Shown here piece by piece: positions 47,512 to 55,689 of a stretch of 64,000 nt of DNA (positions within the stretch are counted from its first letter, which is position 1; each line of letters opens with the position of its first letter). The DNA is from a virus. The notes beneath the pieces were generated by a model, which saw nothing but the letters and a program-made list of their open reading frames with translations, had not been told where the DNA came from and searched no databases. Location of the stretch: positions 84,085-148,084 of the IMG/VR virus record IMGVR_UViG_3300030098_006570; one strand, 5' to 3'. Made by a program: the position numbers and the translations under genes.

Positions 47512-49446
47512 ATGACCACAACAAATAAGTTTCTAGAAAGGATTCAGGAGCACCGAGATCTCAAGAAGGTAGAAAAATTTGAAGGATACCTTGGTGATTA
47601 CCTGGCGCTTCTGGAGGATAATAAAGAAATTGCAGCCCTAGCACACAGGCGCCTGTATGACCAGATCATGTCCGAAGGGCTAACTGTTCTTGATGAGACA
47701 GATCATCGGTGCAATAAGATCTTTGATGGAGAAGAGGTTAAAATCTATAACTATTTTTCTGACCATTTCTTTGGAATGGAGCGGCCCCTAGAGAAGGTCA
47801 TGCGCTTCTTGCGCTCGGCAGCTATGAAAGGCGAAGAGAGTCGTCAGGTACTTTTACTTCTTGGTCCGGTAGGCGCAGGAAAATCCGCTCTTGTCGAGCA
47901 CATCAAGAGCGCCCTAGAACAGTGCGCTCCGGTTTTTGCATTAGACGGTTGCCCCATCCGCGAGGAGCCGCTTCATCTTATCCCTCGCTCACTGCGCGCG
48001 GAGTTTGAAGAGGAGTACGGCATCAAGATTGAAGGAGACCTTTGTCCAGTATGCCGGCACAGACTTATCAATGAGTTTGAAGGAGACTTCACGAAGTTCC
48101 CAATTACGCAGTCTTCCTTCTCTGTGCGAGGCCGCAAGGGTGTTGGGGTTGTTCCTCCCATGGATCCGAACACCCAGGATACAAGCCTTCTCATTGGCTC
48201 TGAGGATATTTCAAAGCTAGACCTGTATCCGGAGGACGACCCAAGAGTTCTTTCGCTCAACGGAGCGTTCAACGTTGGTAACCGAGGCATTGTTGAGTTC
48301 GTTGAGGTTTTCAAGAACGAGATTGAGTTCCTTCATACCATGATTACCGCCACCCAGGAGAAGAATGTTCCTTCCCCCGGTAAGCAAGCGATGATTTATT
48401 TTGATGGTGTCATTCTCGCTCACTGCAATGAAGCCGAGTGGAACAAGTTCAAGGCTGAACATACTAACGAAGCCATCCTTGACCGTATCGTGCGTGTTAA
48501 TGTTCCTTACACGCTTGAGTTCGAGCAGGAGGTCAAGATTTACAAGAAGCTAATTGGGCGCTCCGACTTCGATTCTCATATCGCCCCTCATACCCTTGAG
48601 GTTGCTGCGATGTTCGCGGTCCTCTCCCGCCTGAAGCCTTCCAACAAAGTCGATGCATTGACCAAGATGAAGATCTACAACGGTCAGGAGATTGTCGAGA
48701 AGGGTCTTATCAAGAAAGTGGACATCAAGGATCTCCGCGAAGAGGTTGAAGATGAGGGTATGACTGGTATCTCCACTCGTTTCATCATGAAGGCCATTGA
48801 TGCCGCCCTAGCTGATTCGTCCAAGAATATGATCACCCCCATATCGATTCGAGATGCACTAGTCAAACAGGTCAAGGAACAGATTGTCAACGCTGATGAC
48901 AGAAAGCATTTCCTTCAGTTCCTGCAGAAGACGCTTCACGAAGAATATCTTTCCATTCTTGAGAAGGAAATCACCAAGGCTTTCGTTACTGCCTATGAAG
49001 AGCAGGCAGAGTCCTTGTTCAACAACTACCTCGATCACGCCGAGGCTTACGTCAATAACACAAAGGTCAAGGATCGAGTAACAAACGAAGAGTTCGAGGC
49101 CGACGAAAAGTTTATGGCTAGCATCGAAGAGCAGATCGGTATCAAGGGCTCTGCGAAGAATAACTTCCGGGCTGATATCACTTCCTACATGTTTGCTAAG
49201 TTGCGTCGCGGGGAGTCAATTGATTGGCGATCCTATGGTCCTCTTAGAGAGGCAATCGAAAACAAGCTTGTTTCGTCGGTACGCGATATTTCTCGTATTG
49301 TCACCAAGAGCAAGAGTCGAGATGTAAAGCAGCAGAAGAAATTCAATGCGATGGTTGAAACTCTAATCGAAAATTATGGTTACAATGAAGACTCCGCCGA
49401 AGAAGTCATCAAGTTTGCGAGTAATAATCTATGGCGTGATTCGTAA
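47512..49446 (+). CDS. prkA: PrkA/YeaG AAA+ ATPase (serine kinase family)
   Basis: LLGPVGAGKS, CPIREEPL, NRGIVEFVEVFK, EAILDR, GISTRF. Confidence 0.93.
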   Translation: MTTTNKFLERIQEHRDLKKVEKFEGYLGDYLALLEDNKEIAALAHRRLYDQIMSEGLTVLDETDHRCNKIFDGEEVKIYNYFSDHFFGMERPLEKVMRFLRSAAMKGEESRQVLLLLGPVGAGKSALVEHIKSALEQCAPVFALDGCPIREEPLHLIPRSLRAEFEEEYGIKIEGDLCPVCRHRLINEFEGDFTKFPITQSSFSVRGRKGVGVVPPMDPNTQDTSLLIGSEDISKLDLYPEDDPRVLSLNGAFNVGNRGIVEFVEVFKNEIEFLHTMITATQEKNVPSPGKQAMIYFDGVILAHCNEAEWNKFKAEHTNEAILDRIVRVNVPYTLEFEQEVKIYKKLIGRSDFDSHIAPHTLEVAAMFAVLSRLKPSNKVDALTKMKIYNGQEIVEKGLIKKVDIKDLREEVEDEGMTGISTRFIMKAIDAALADSSKNMITPISIRDALVKQVKEQIVNADDRKHFLQFLQKTLHEEYLSILEKEITKAFVTAYEEQAESLFNNYLDHAEAYVNNTKVKDRVTNEEFEADEKFMASIEEQIGIKGSAKNNFRADITSYMFAKLRRGESIDWRSYGPLREAIENKLVSSVRDISRIVTKSKSRDVKQQKKFNAMVETLIENYGYNEDSAEEVIKFASNNLWRDS

Positions 49447-49469
49447 CACTCCCAATCGAATGTATCGCC

Positions 49470-49503
49470 AAGGGGGCCCTTAGGGGTCCCCTTTCATTTT
49501 TTT
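49470..49503 (+). terminator. Intrinsic terminator between convergent genes
   Basis: AGGGGGCCC/GGGTCCCCT hairpin followed by T-rich run. Confidence 0.65.
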
Positions 49504-49677
49504 ATCTTCTATAAGAACCAAGTTACCAAATTTTACCCATTGATACGTTTCTACCGGATGGGTGAATAAAACCCGCACCCAAGGTTCGTGGGGGCTAAGA
49601 TCAGAGAACACTTCGGTTACAATACCCATGGCTTGCGCGTTGGAATTTTTAAGTGTGACAAGATCCCCTGGCTTCAT
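49480..49677 (-). CDS. Small SH3/KOW-like protein (MKPGDLV)
   Basis: Same pattern as the 61-64 kb array. Confidence 0.7.
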   Translation of the reverse strand: MKPGDLVTLKNSNAQAMGIVTEVFSDLSPHEPWVRVLFTHPVETYQWVKFGNLVLIEDKKMKGDP

Positions 49678-49705
49678 ATACTAAGTAGTTGTTCCACCGC
49701 GGATC

Positions 49706-50143
49706 CTAATGAAAGGTCTTATCATCGGGATCAGTAAAATTGACAAGCTGGGAGAGTGGATCCTGCGCCCCTAAATCGCCGCTGGTTGACAGTATAACAT
49801 CATGAGTTTTCATATCGACATAGACACTTACATGGTCGTCCATCTTGATGTCAAAATCTTGAGCTGTCAGTCGCAAGTCTCCCAGTTTGTGCACAATAAC
49901 GCTGACGAGGGTCCCGAGCATTGCCGGGCTGTTGTAATCCAAGGATTGATTCGCTCCAGGCCCCGGGGCGACATAAACGGAAGCTTTGTCGGCCATTTTT
50001 TTGGTTTCAACAAAAAGTGCTTCCAGTTCAGTGGCGATTAGGATATTTGTTTGTTCTTGTCGTTTGTTTTTATACCCCCACCAAGAAGCCACCACGAAAG
50101 TGATTGCCAGTACGATGCCTAAGATAATATTGAGAGTAAACAT
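49706..50143 (-). CDS. Membrane-anchored hypothetical protein
   Basis: N-terminal TM; late motif upstream. Confidence 0.6.
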   Translation of the reverse strand: MFTLNIILGIVLAITFVVASWWGYKNKRQEQTNILIATELEALFVETKKMADKASVYVAPGPGANQSLDYNSPAMLGTLVSVIVHKLGDLRLTAQDFDIKMDDHVSVYVDMKTHDVILSTSGDLGAQDPLSQLVNFTDPDDKTFH

Positions 50144-50587
50144 GGGTGGGTCTCCATGAATAATTAGTGACTGATCCGCGAATTTTTTCTCGCCAATTTT
50201 TCTTTGTTTCCAGGCACCCTAGAAGCGCGTTTTATACCGGATCCCTAGCAAGACCTCATACGAAAACAAACAAACGCTTATATGGACCCCCCAGCGGCTA
50301 CAGTCATGACCCACAGTGTAGAGACCAAACCCCGCAACGCAGCCAGCGTGACGAGAGAATCTAAGGAAGGGCAAAGGGAGCATTACCAGATATGCGCCAC
50401 TATCCAAGCAGTACTACCGGCAATGATGGCGCAGCATACCCAAAAGATAGCCTCGGTCAACTCAGGATTTGAAGACAATACATTACGCATAATAGACATA
50501 AGTAGAGAGCAGTATACCAGAAAGCCTCTAAAATATGTTGTGGACCTATGCACATGTTGTGCCAAAGCACAAAAAGGCCTGAAATTT

Positions 50588-50890
50588 CTACTGGGATTTT
50601 TTTCTCGGCCTTGTTTTGGCGACCTTCAAACGGTTTGCTCGGCCGCGCGCGCGAAGGGAGTCCTTTGGATATTTGGGGAAAGCTCTGAGGTATGCTTCCA
50701 GTACGTCGTCTGGATCTGGGAGTTCGTCTGGAATCTCCTCGAATCCCTGTTTATGAGTCGTATGATTAGGTTCGCCCTTAGAGGAGCTAGAGTCGCGACC
50801 AATCCTCCATGCGAAGTAGACCAACAGACCGCCAGGTATCAGTACCGCGGCTATAAACGCTAGCGCATGTACAAGGGGGTTGGCCATCAC
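50588..50890 (-). CDS. Membrane-anchored hypothetical protein
   Basis: N-terminal TM containing IPGG. Confidence 0.55.
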   Translation of the reverse strand: MMANPLVHALAFIAAVLIPGGLLVYFAWRIGRDSSSSKGEPNHTTHKQGFEEIPDELPDPDDVLEAYLRAFPKYPKDSLRARGRANRLKVAKTRPRKKSQ

Positions 50891-50899
50891 GTTCCATAC

Positions 50900-51046
50900 C
50901 TACCGCTTGATCCTCTCTAGCAGCTGCCCCATATACTCTCCGAATGTGTCATTCACTGATGCTAGCGCTCCGAGAGCGGCAATTGCCCAAAGGAACGCCA
51001 AACTGCTTAGCGCTCCCACTATGATTATGTCATGTAAGTTGCTCAT
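50900..51046 (-). CDS. Unannotated 48-aa membrane peptide
   Basis: Read by hand: MSNLHDIIIVGALSSLAFLWAIAALG... Confidence 0.45.
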   Translation of the reverse strand: MSNLHDIIIVGALSSLAFLWAIAALGALASVNDTFGEYMGQLLERIKR

Positions 51047-51294
51047 TATACTCTAACTATGTCTGAGTCTATCTATTCTCACTCAGAGGGTCGAAAAGTC
51101 CCGAAAATTGCCTGCGCGTTGTGAATGTACATAATCACCAGAATGACCCGGGTTAGTTGTATGGTACATATATTCGGCCCCGGCACGGGGGGAGGGGGGT
51201 CCCCCCATATGTCAAAATTTTGTGTTGTGATTATTGTGTGATTTGACACTCACGGCGTGAGTTGTTTGTGTGTGCGTAGTAACTCACGCGAATA

Positions 51295-51324
51295 CAAAAA
51301 AACCCGCCACAATGGGCGGGCTCT
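51295..51324 (-). terminator. Intrinsic terminator after 51353..51772
   Basis: GCCCGCC-cattgt-GGCGGGT followed by a T run on the - strand. Confidence 0.75.
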
Positions 51325-51352
51325 GTTGTGACCCTCGCGGGTATGTTGCGAA

Positions 51353-51772
51353 TTAGCTTCGCTTGTATCCTCGCTTGTTGAGGGTCATGGCAGTGATAGA
51401 AAGCTCAACGCTATCCGCGCCAGCCTCAGCCGCAAGAAGCTGCGCGGCCTGGACGGCCTCACGAAGCTCCGCAACCTTTGCAACGTTGCTCGGGTCAATA
51501 CCAACCAATTCACACGCCTGAATTGCACCGTCCAGCTTCGACTGAGCGGCGGCAACCTGGGAAGCCGCGTCAGCACCGGACACGGTGAAGTCGAGCACGC
51601 GACGGCTGGACGCCTTGACGGCCTTCGTGGTCGCCGGGACGCCGTGAAGCATCAGCGCGGACCCTTCCGGGTTAAGGTCGCCGTGCGAGTCCTGGATGAA
51701 AGTGAACGCGGACCCGATGTTGCTGAAAGCGAGGGTCATGTCAGCTGCGGTTGCGAGGTAGATAGTGGTCAT
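51353..51772 (-). CDS. Isolated Ala-rich hypothetical protein
   Basis: AAAGGA RBS, ATG 51772; own tandem promoters and terminator. Confidence 0.7.
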   Translation of the reverse strand: MTTIYLATAADMTLAFSNIGSAFTFIQDSHGDLNPEGSALMLHGVPATTKAVKASSRRVLDFTVSGADAASQVAAAQSKLDGAIQACELVGIDPSNVAKVAELREAVQAAQLLAAEAGADSVELSITAMTLNKRGYKRS

Positions 51773-51815
51773 GTTAGTGTGTCCTTTCGAGACGCGGGCT
51801 TCATTGCCCTCAACT

Positions 51816-51960
51816 GTCCTTATAGTAGCATAAGGACTTGACTTTGTATCGGGCATCTTTCTGCCCGATTGACTCAGGGGGTCGGCCTGTCCTTGCCCCA
51901 TCGTCTACAAGTATTGTAGCTGAAAAATTCGAATTTGTATCGGGCATAATCGTGCCCGGT
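51816..51960 (-). promoter_or_regulatory. Tandem promoters (GATACA-N17-TAC[T/A]AT), each with a palindromic operator
   Basis: ATCGGGCA-N6-TGCCCGAT at 51848-51869 and ATCGGGCA-N6-TGCCCGGT at 51939-51960. Confidence 0.65.
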
Positions 51961-52205
51961 CGATTGGGGTCGCGGATACTTGTGGGATGCAAGCACCGTG
52001 AGCTTTTGATTACTTGTAGCATGCAACCGTAACACTTAGTACACGCAAGCAACTCACAAACACTTGATTGCATGCCGCATATAACTCACAGAACTCACGT
52101 TTTGCGCCTGTACTATATCAACACATTCGCATCCCCACTATTCTCCACATTGCTATCACCCTGCTATCAAACTAAAACACTACTTACACATTACCTCCAT
52201 TCCCC

Positions 52206-53006
52206 CTAAGTCACAGGCGCATACTCTACAGGTCTAGACAATACCTTCAAGCGGTAGTCAATGACATCACTCATAAAGTAGCAGTTGGACCTGGGTAGCA
52301 TGTACTCGTCAACGCTTGTCGTGTTAGCAGTCCAATGCACTTTCACATAACCGTGTTCCTCTACCTCTCGCACAATACCCAGGACACTTCCTGTATAATC
52401 TTGAGTCATTTTTCCTGCAATAATTTCTTGAATTGTCACAAGATCTCCTGGCAAGATTTCTGCTTCGAATTTTTGTACCTTTTTCTGCGAAGGATTTTTA
52501 TTGAGCGGATAATTCCTCTGCCTCGCTTGATCGCGGCGTTGTCGCGGGCCGATTTTCTGAGACTTTCCTGCTGTGATTTTCTGTGAAGATTTCTTTGTTG
52601 TACTCGCTGCCTTTTTCTTGCCGCCCCATGTAGTCCAACAGGCATTCGCACAAACCACGTTGCCACTTTTTGCTGTGAACTTTTTTGCCTTACAATGCTT
52701 GCATGTCTTTACAAACTTTTCTGCTGCTTCCTGCGCCCGAATGGTCTTGACAAGTCCTGTGTTGGTCGTGAAAACTTCTGTGGTTATCTCGCGCCACTGC
52801 TTCTGTCGATTGATGTAGCAGAGCTTCACCCCAACCTTGCCAACGATTTTTCCTGTCTTGCCGTCAATGCCGGAATCAACCACAACGCGCACAAACTTTG
52901 CGCTGGGATGCTTGCGGCTATAAATGATGCTTGTGCCCTTCCCATTCTTCTTGTGGGGAAAGAAGCCTTCGGCCTTGAGGATTGCTTTTCGCTGGACTAC
53001 TGTCAT
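52206..53006 (-). CDS. Basic Zn-finger protein with C-terminal SH3-like domain
   Basis: CKHC...CANAC; ILPGDLV...LGIV...VKVHW. Confidence 0.6.
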   Translation of the reverse strand: MTVVQRKAILKAEGFFPHKKNGKGTSIIYSRKHPSAKFVRVVVDSGIDGKTGKIVGKVGVKLCYINRQKQWREITTEVFTTNTGLVKTIRAQEAAEKFVKTCKHCKAKKFTAKSGNVVCANACWTTWGGKKKAASTTKKSSQKITAGKSQKIGPRQRRDQARQRNYPLNKNPSQKKVQKFEAEILPGDLVTIQEIIAGKMTQDYTGSVLGIVREVEEHGYVKVHWTANTTSVDEYMLPRSNCYFMSDVIDYRLKVLSRPVEYAPVT

Positions 53007-53007
53007 T

Positions 53008-53220
53008 TTATACCTCGCTTATAATCTTGATGTCTGAGACGTACTCTTCGGACGTACATCCACCGTTCCAACTGAACCATTTTACCTGCACAACGTAAGC
53101 CCCGTTTGCATTCACCTGGATAATCCTGGTTACGGTTCCGGGGTCGCCCTCCAAAGTGATAGATTTCACAATGTCGCCAACTCGGCAGATTGGGTTTCCC
53201 CATGCGTCTTGCTTTCTCAT
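53008..53220 (-). CDS. Small SH3/KOW-like protein
   Basis: RVGDIV...GTV...VQVKW; GGAGG RBS. Confidence 0.6.
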   Translation of the reverse strand: MRKQDAWGNPICRVGDIVKSITLEGDPGTVTRIIQVNANGAYVVQVKWFSWNGGCTSEEYVSDIKIISEV

Positions 53221-53486
53221 CGTATTCCTCCCTTGTCTCGCCAAATCTCTTCGGCGAATCGCTTTGCGAAACGGAGACTGTAGCCGTTTCCATCAACTTC
53301 CTCTTCCTTCACTGCTGCGTTGGCGAAGTTGCGGAGGCACTTGATGAACTCGATTTTGCCAAAGGCTCGCTTGTTGGCTCGATGGAGGCTTTGGCCCATG
53401 TAGACGGCTGCAAGGTGTTCTACCATTTTGATGGTGTTTTCCATTCCGTTGCGGTCTTCGGTGTCAAAGACGATAACCATCTTCAT
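53217..53486 (-). CDS. Hypothetical protein
   Basis: Coupled ORF. Confidence 0.55.
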   Translation of the reverse strand: MKMVIVFDTEDRNGMENTIKMVEHLAAVYMGQSLHRANKRAFGKIEFIKCLRNFANAAVKEEEVDGNGYSLRFAKRFAEEIWRDKGGIR

Positions 53487-53491
53487 TTATC

Positions 53492-54004
53492 TTATCCTCG
53501 GAGCGCGGACAAATCGGCTTCGGTTAGGCCGAGAGAATCAAGCAGTTTCTGGCGTTCGGTCTTCTTGACCTTCGGAGCCTTTGCCTTTACCTTCTTCGGC
53601 TTCGGGACGGGCATCCCAATGTTTGCGGCCCGTGCGTTTCGCTCCTTCTTCTCTTTCTCCCATTGGGCGAAAAGGACAGCGTTTCCGGGGTGCATTGGAG
53701 CTTTGTTCCGCGCACGGAATCGAGCAAGACGAGCCCTGCGAGCAGCGCCTGGAATGCCATTAGCAAAGGCAGCATCTTTTGCGTTAGCACGAGCGACGTT
53801 GTTTGCTCCACCGTGACGCTCGCAATACCAAACTTTATCGGCGCGAACATTTGGATCAAATTCGCGACAACCACCATGATGATTGCAAGAAACCCCATGA
53901 GTGTGGTTAGCCGCTTCGCGGGAATTGCTGGCGATGATGAAGGCATTTCGGACATTGTTGCGCTTACCCATTCTTTCGATTCTCCTCTGGCGGGATGGCA
54001 GCAT
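53492..54004 (-). CDS. Basic hypothetical early protein
   Basis: Directly downstream of a sigma70 promoter; His/Cys cluster. Confidence 0.55.
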   Translation of the reverse strand: MLPSRQRRIERMGKRNNVRNAFIIASNSREAANHTHGVSCNHHGGCREFDPNVRADKVWYCERHGGANNVARANAKDAAFANGIPGAARRARLARFRARNKAPMHPGNAVLFAQWEKEKKERNARAANIGMPVPKPKKVKAKAPKVKKTERQKLLDSLGLTEADLSALRG

Positions 54005-54026
54005 GCCTTTCCCTCACTGTGGTTAT

Positions 54027-54055
54027 ATAATACCACGCGCGAGGGGTACTGTCAA
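54027..54055 (-). promoter_or_regulatory. Early sigma70 promoter
   Basis: TTGACA-N17-TATTAT with TG extension. Confidence 0.75.
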
Positions 54056-54063
54056 GCAAAAAA

Positions 54064-54711
54064 TTACCGCGAAACTGCGCCTTCGCGCTTTGTGATCTCC
54101 GCGACCTTCAACATAGCCTTCTGGCGGAGGTTCTCAAAATCATCCGTATAGTATCGGCGGGCATTCTCCGGTGTCTTGATGGTGCCAAGTCTGAGAGCAA
54201 GGTCAAGCGTGCAATTCGGATGATCCACGAATCGGCGCAAAGTATAAGTCCGCGTTGCTTCCTCTTCGGGCAAATCGGCGTAGATTTCCTCAAGCAGTGC
54301 GCCTGGAGTCTTGCTGGGTCCATTGTTCGACGCCCAATAAGGTCGAGCGAGGAATGCTTGCTGCATTCGCCAGATGGAACGACTGTTGTTCTTGAAATAC
54401 TTGCGATAAGTATCAAAGTATTCCTGTTCGGTCAACTCGATGTTTCCATGTGCCAGCATAACTGACTTCAAAACGTAACCCCTGCAATTCCAGAGTTCGC
54501 GGGCTGCCTCCGGGGTTAGATTGGTGTTGGCGGCCAAATACTCCTTGCCGAGCTTGTACCAATGCTTTGCAATCGCCATCATCGTTTCGGCGTCAGTAAA
54601 GCGATTCTTTGCAAGTGCGACAACCTCGGAGTTGTACATGTTGCCAATGTTGTTCGCGTAGGGCGATCCATAAACTTGTGTCATCTTAAAATTCCAATCC
54701 GTTGAAGTCAA
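54064..54711 (-). CDS. Hypothetical protein (leucine-rich-variant-like repeats)
   Basis: LAKN, LAANTN and HPNCT repeats. Confidence 0.5.
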   Translation of the reverse strand: MTSTDWNFKMTQVYGSPYANNIGNMYNSEVVALAKNRFTDAETMMAIAKHWYKLGKEYLAANTNLTPEAARELWNCRGYVLKSVMLAHGNIELTEQEYFDTYRKYFKNNSRSIWRMQQAFLARPYWASNNGPSKTPGALLEEIYADLPEEEATRTYTLRRFVDHPNCTLDLALRLGTIKTPENARRYYTDDFENLRQKAMLKVAEITKREGAVSR

Positions 54712-54958
54712 AAGGGTCTACGTCCGCAGAATTACGGGGGTTGTCGGGCTCACCTTCGCCCACTGCATCGGCAATCGAATTACGGAACTGCTGCTGTGCG
54801 TCAAACAACTTCTGCCAGCACCATTCGGCTGAACCTGCTTCGGTGAGGTCAGCATCATTACGACTATCCGCCCACTCAAGCCGCTTTGCGTCCCCGTAAT
54901 TGTCCAAAGCCACCAGAATCGTGGTGACTTCATCATCAGTTAGTTCAAATTTGATCAT
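54686..54958 (-). CDS. Acidic hypothetical protein
   Basis: Coupled ORF. Confidence 0.5.
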   Translation of the reverse strand: MIKFELTDDEVTTILVALDNYGDAKRLEWADSRNDADLTEAGSAEWCWQKLFDAQQQFRNSIADAVGEGEPDNPRNSADVDPFDFNGLEF

Positions 54959-55236
54959 CCTGGGAACTCCGAATTCTCGAAAACTGCCGGGTGCATAACG
55001 TGACCAGCAATCGCTCGGGCCTTTCCAACATGGGACGAAGTAGTCACAGAGTAAAATCCGCCACCGGGGGAAGTGTAATCTCCCAGAATCGTTGCTCCGG
55101 TCTTCGCCCGATAGCCAATCCTGAGATTGTAAGAATAAAGGTTCACGCCGTCTGTGCGAAGTGCTCCGTTGTGGGAACTAGCTGCAACGCCGCGTGTCCA
55201 GGCGTTGATAACAAGTTCATTTCTCATTCTACTCAT
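54955..55236 (-). CDS. Hypothetical early protein
   Basis: LYSY...YSVTTSSH pattern; start MSRMR. Confidence 0.6.
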   Translation of the reverse strand: MSRMRNELVINAWTRGVAASSHNGALRTDGVNLYSYNLRIGYRAKTGATILGDYTSPGGGFYSVTTSSHVGKARAIAGHVMHPAVFENSEFPG

Positions 55237-55301
55237 TGTTCTAATCTCCAACCACTGCAAACAGTGCGAAAGCCACATTCAAAAACGCGAAAGCAATCAT
55301 T

Positions 55302-55406
55302 TTACTCCTCTTCCTCTTCAATGTCATCGTCAAAAATAACTTCGTCATATTCAATGTCAAAGCCGTACCGTAGGGAATTGCAATATTCCCAAATGTTATC
55401 ATCCAT
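55302..55406 (-). CDS. Unannotated 34-aa acidic peptide
   Basis: MDDNIWEYCNSLRYGFDIEYDEVIFDDDIEEEEE; AAAGGA RBS. Confidence 0.5.
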   Translation of the reverse strand: MDDNIWEYCNSLRYGFDIEYDEVIFDDDIEEEEE

Positions 55407-55475
55407 GATATGTCCTTTCATAAATCCAAAGCCCTCCGAGATACCAGAGAGCGAACCACAGTCCAATTTCAATCA

Positions 55476-55619
55476 TTACCAGTTCTTTCGGTTCTTGTGT
55501 TTCGGCTTGCGGGAGCGTCCCTTTGAAACGTCCCGGTTGCGAGTGTGATGTTTACCTGCACCACCTCTTTGGAAGGCGGCGATTGCAATCCAATTTCGAG
55601 TTTTGCTGCTCTTAGACAT
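55476..55619 (-). CDS. Unannotated 47-aa basic peptide, ArfA-like
   Basis: MSKSSKTRNWIAIAAFQRGGAGKHHTRNRDVSKGRSRKPKHKNRKNW; first gene after a promoter. Confidence 0.6.
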   Translation of the reverse strand: MSKSSKTRNWIAIAAFQRGGAGKHHTRNRDVSKGRSRKPKHKNRKNW

Positions 55620-55649
55620 TCAGGGTACCCCTTCCTCCACTGTCTTTAT

Positions 55650-55678
55650 AGTATACAGGAAGGGGCACCCACTGTCAA
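55650..55678 (-). promoter_or_regulatory. Early sigma70 promoter
   Basis: TTGACA-N17-TATACT. Confidence 0.75.
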
Positions 55679-55689
55679 GAGAAAAATAG

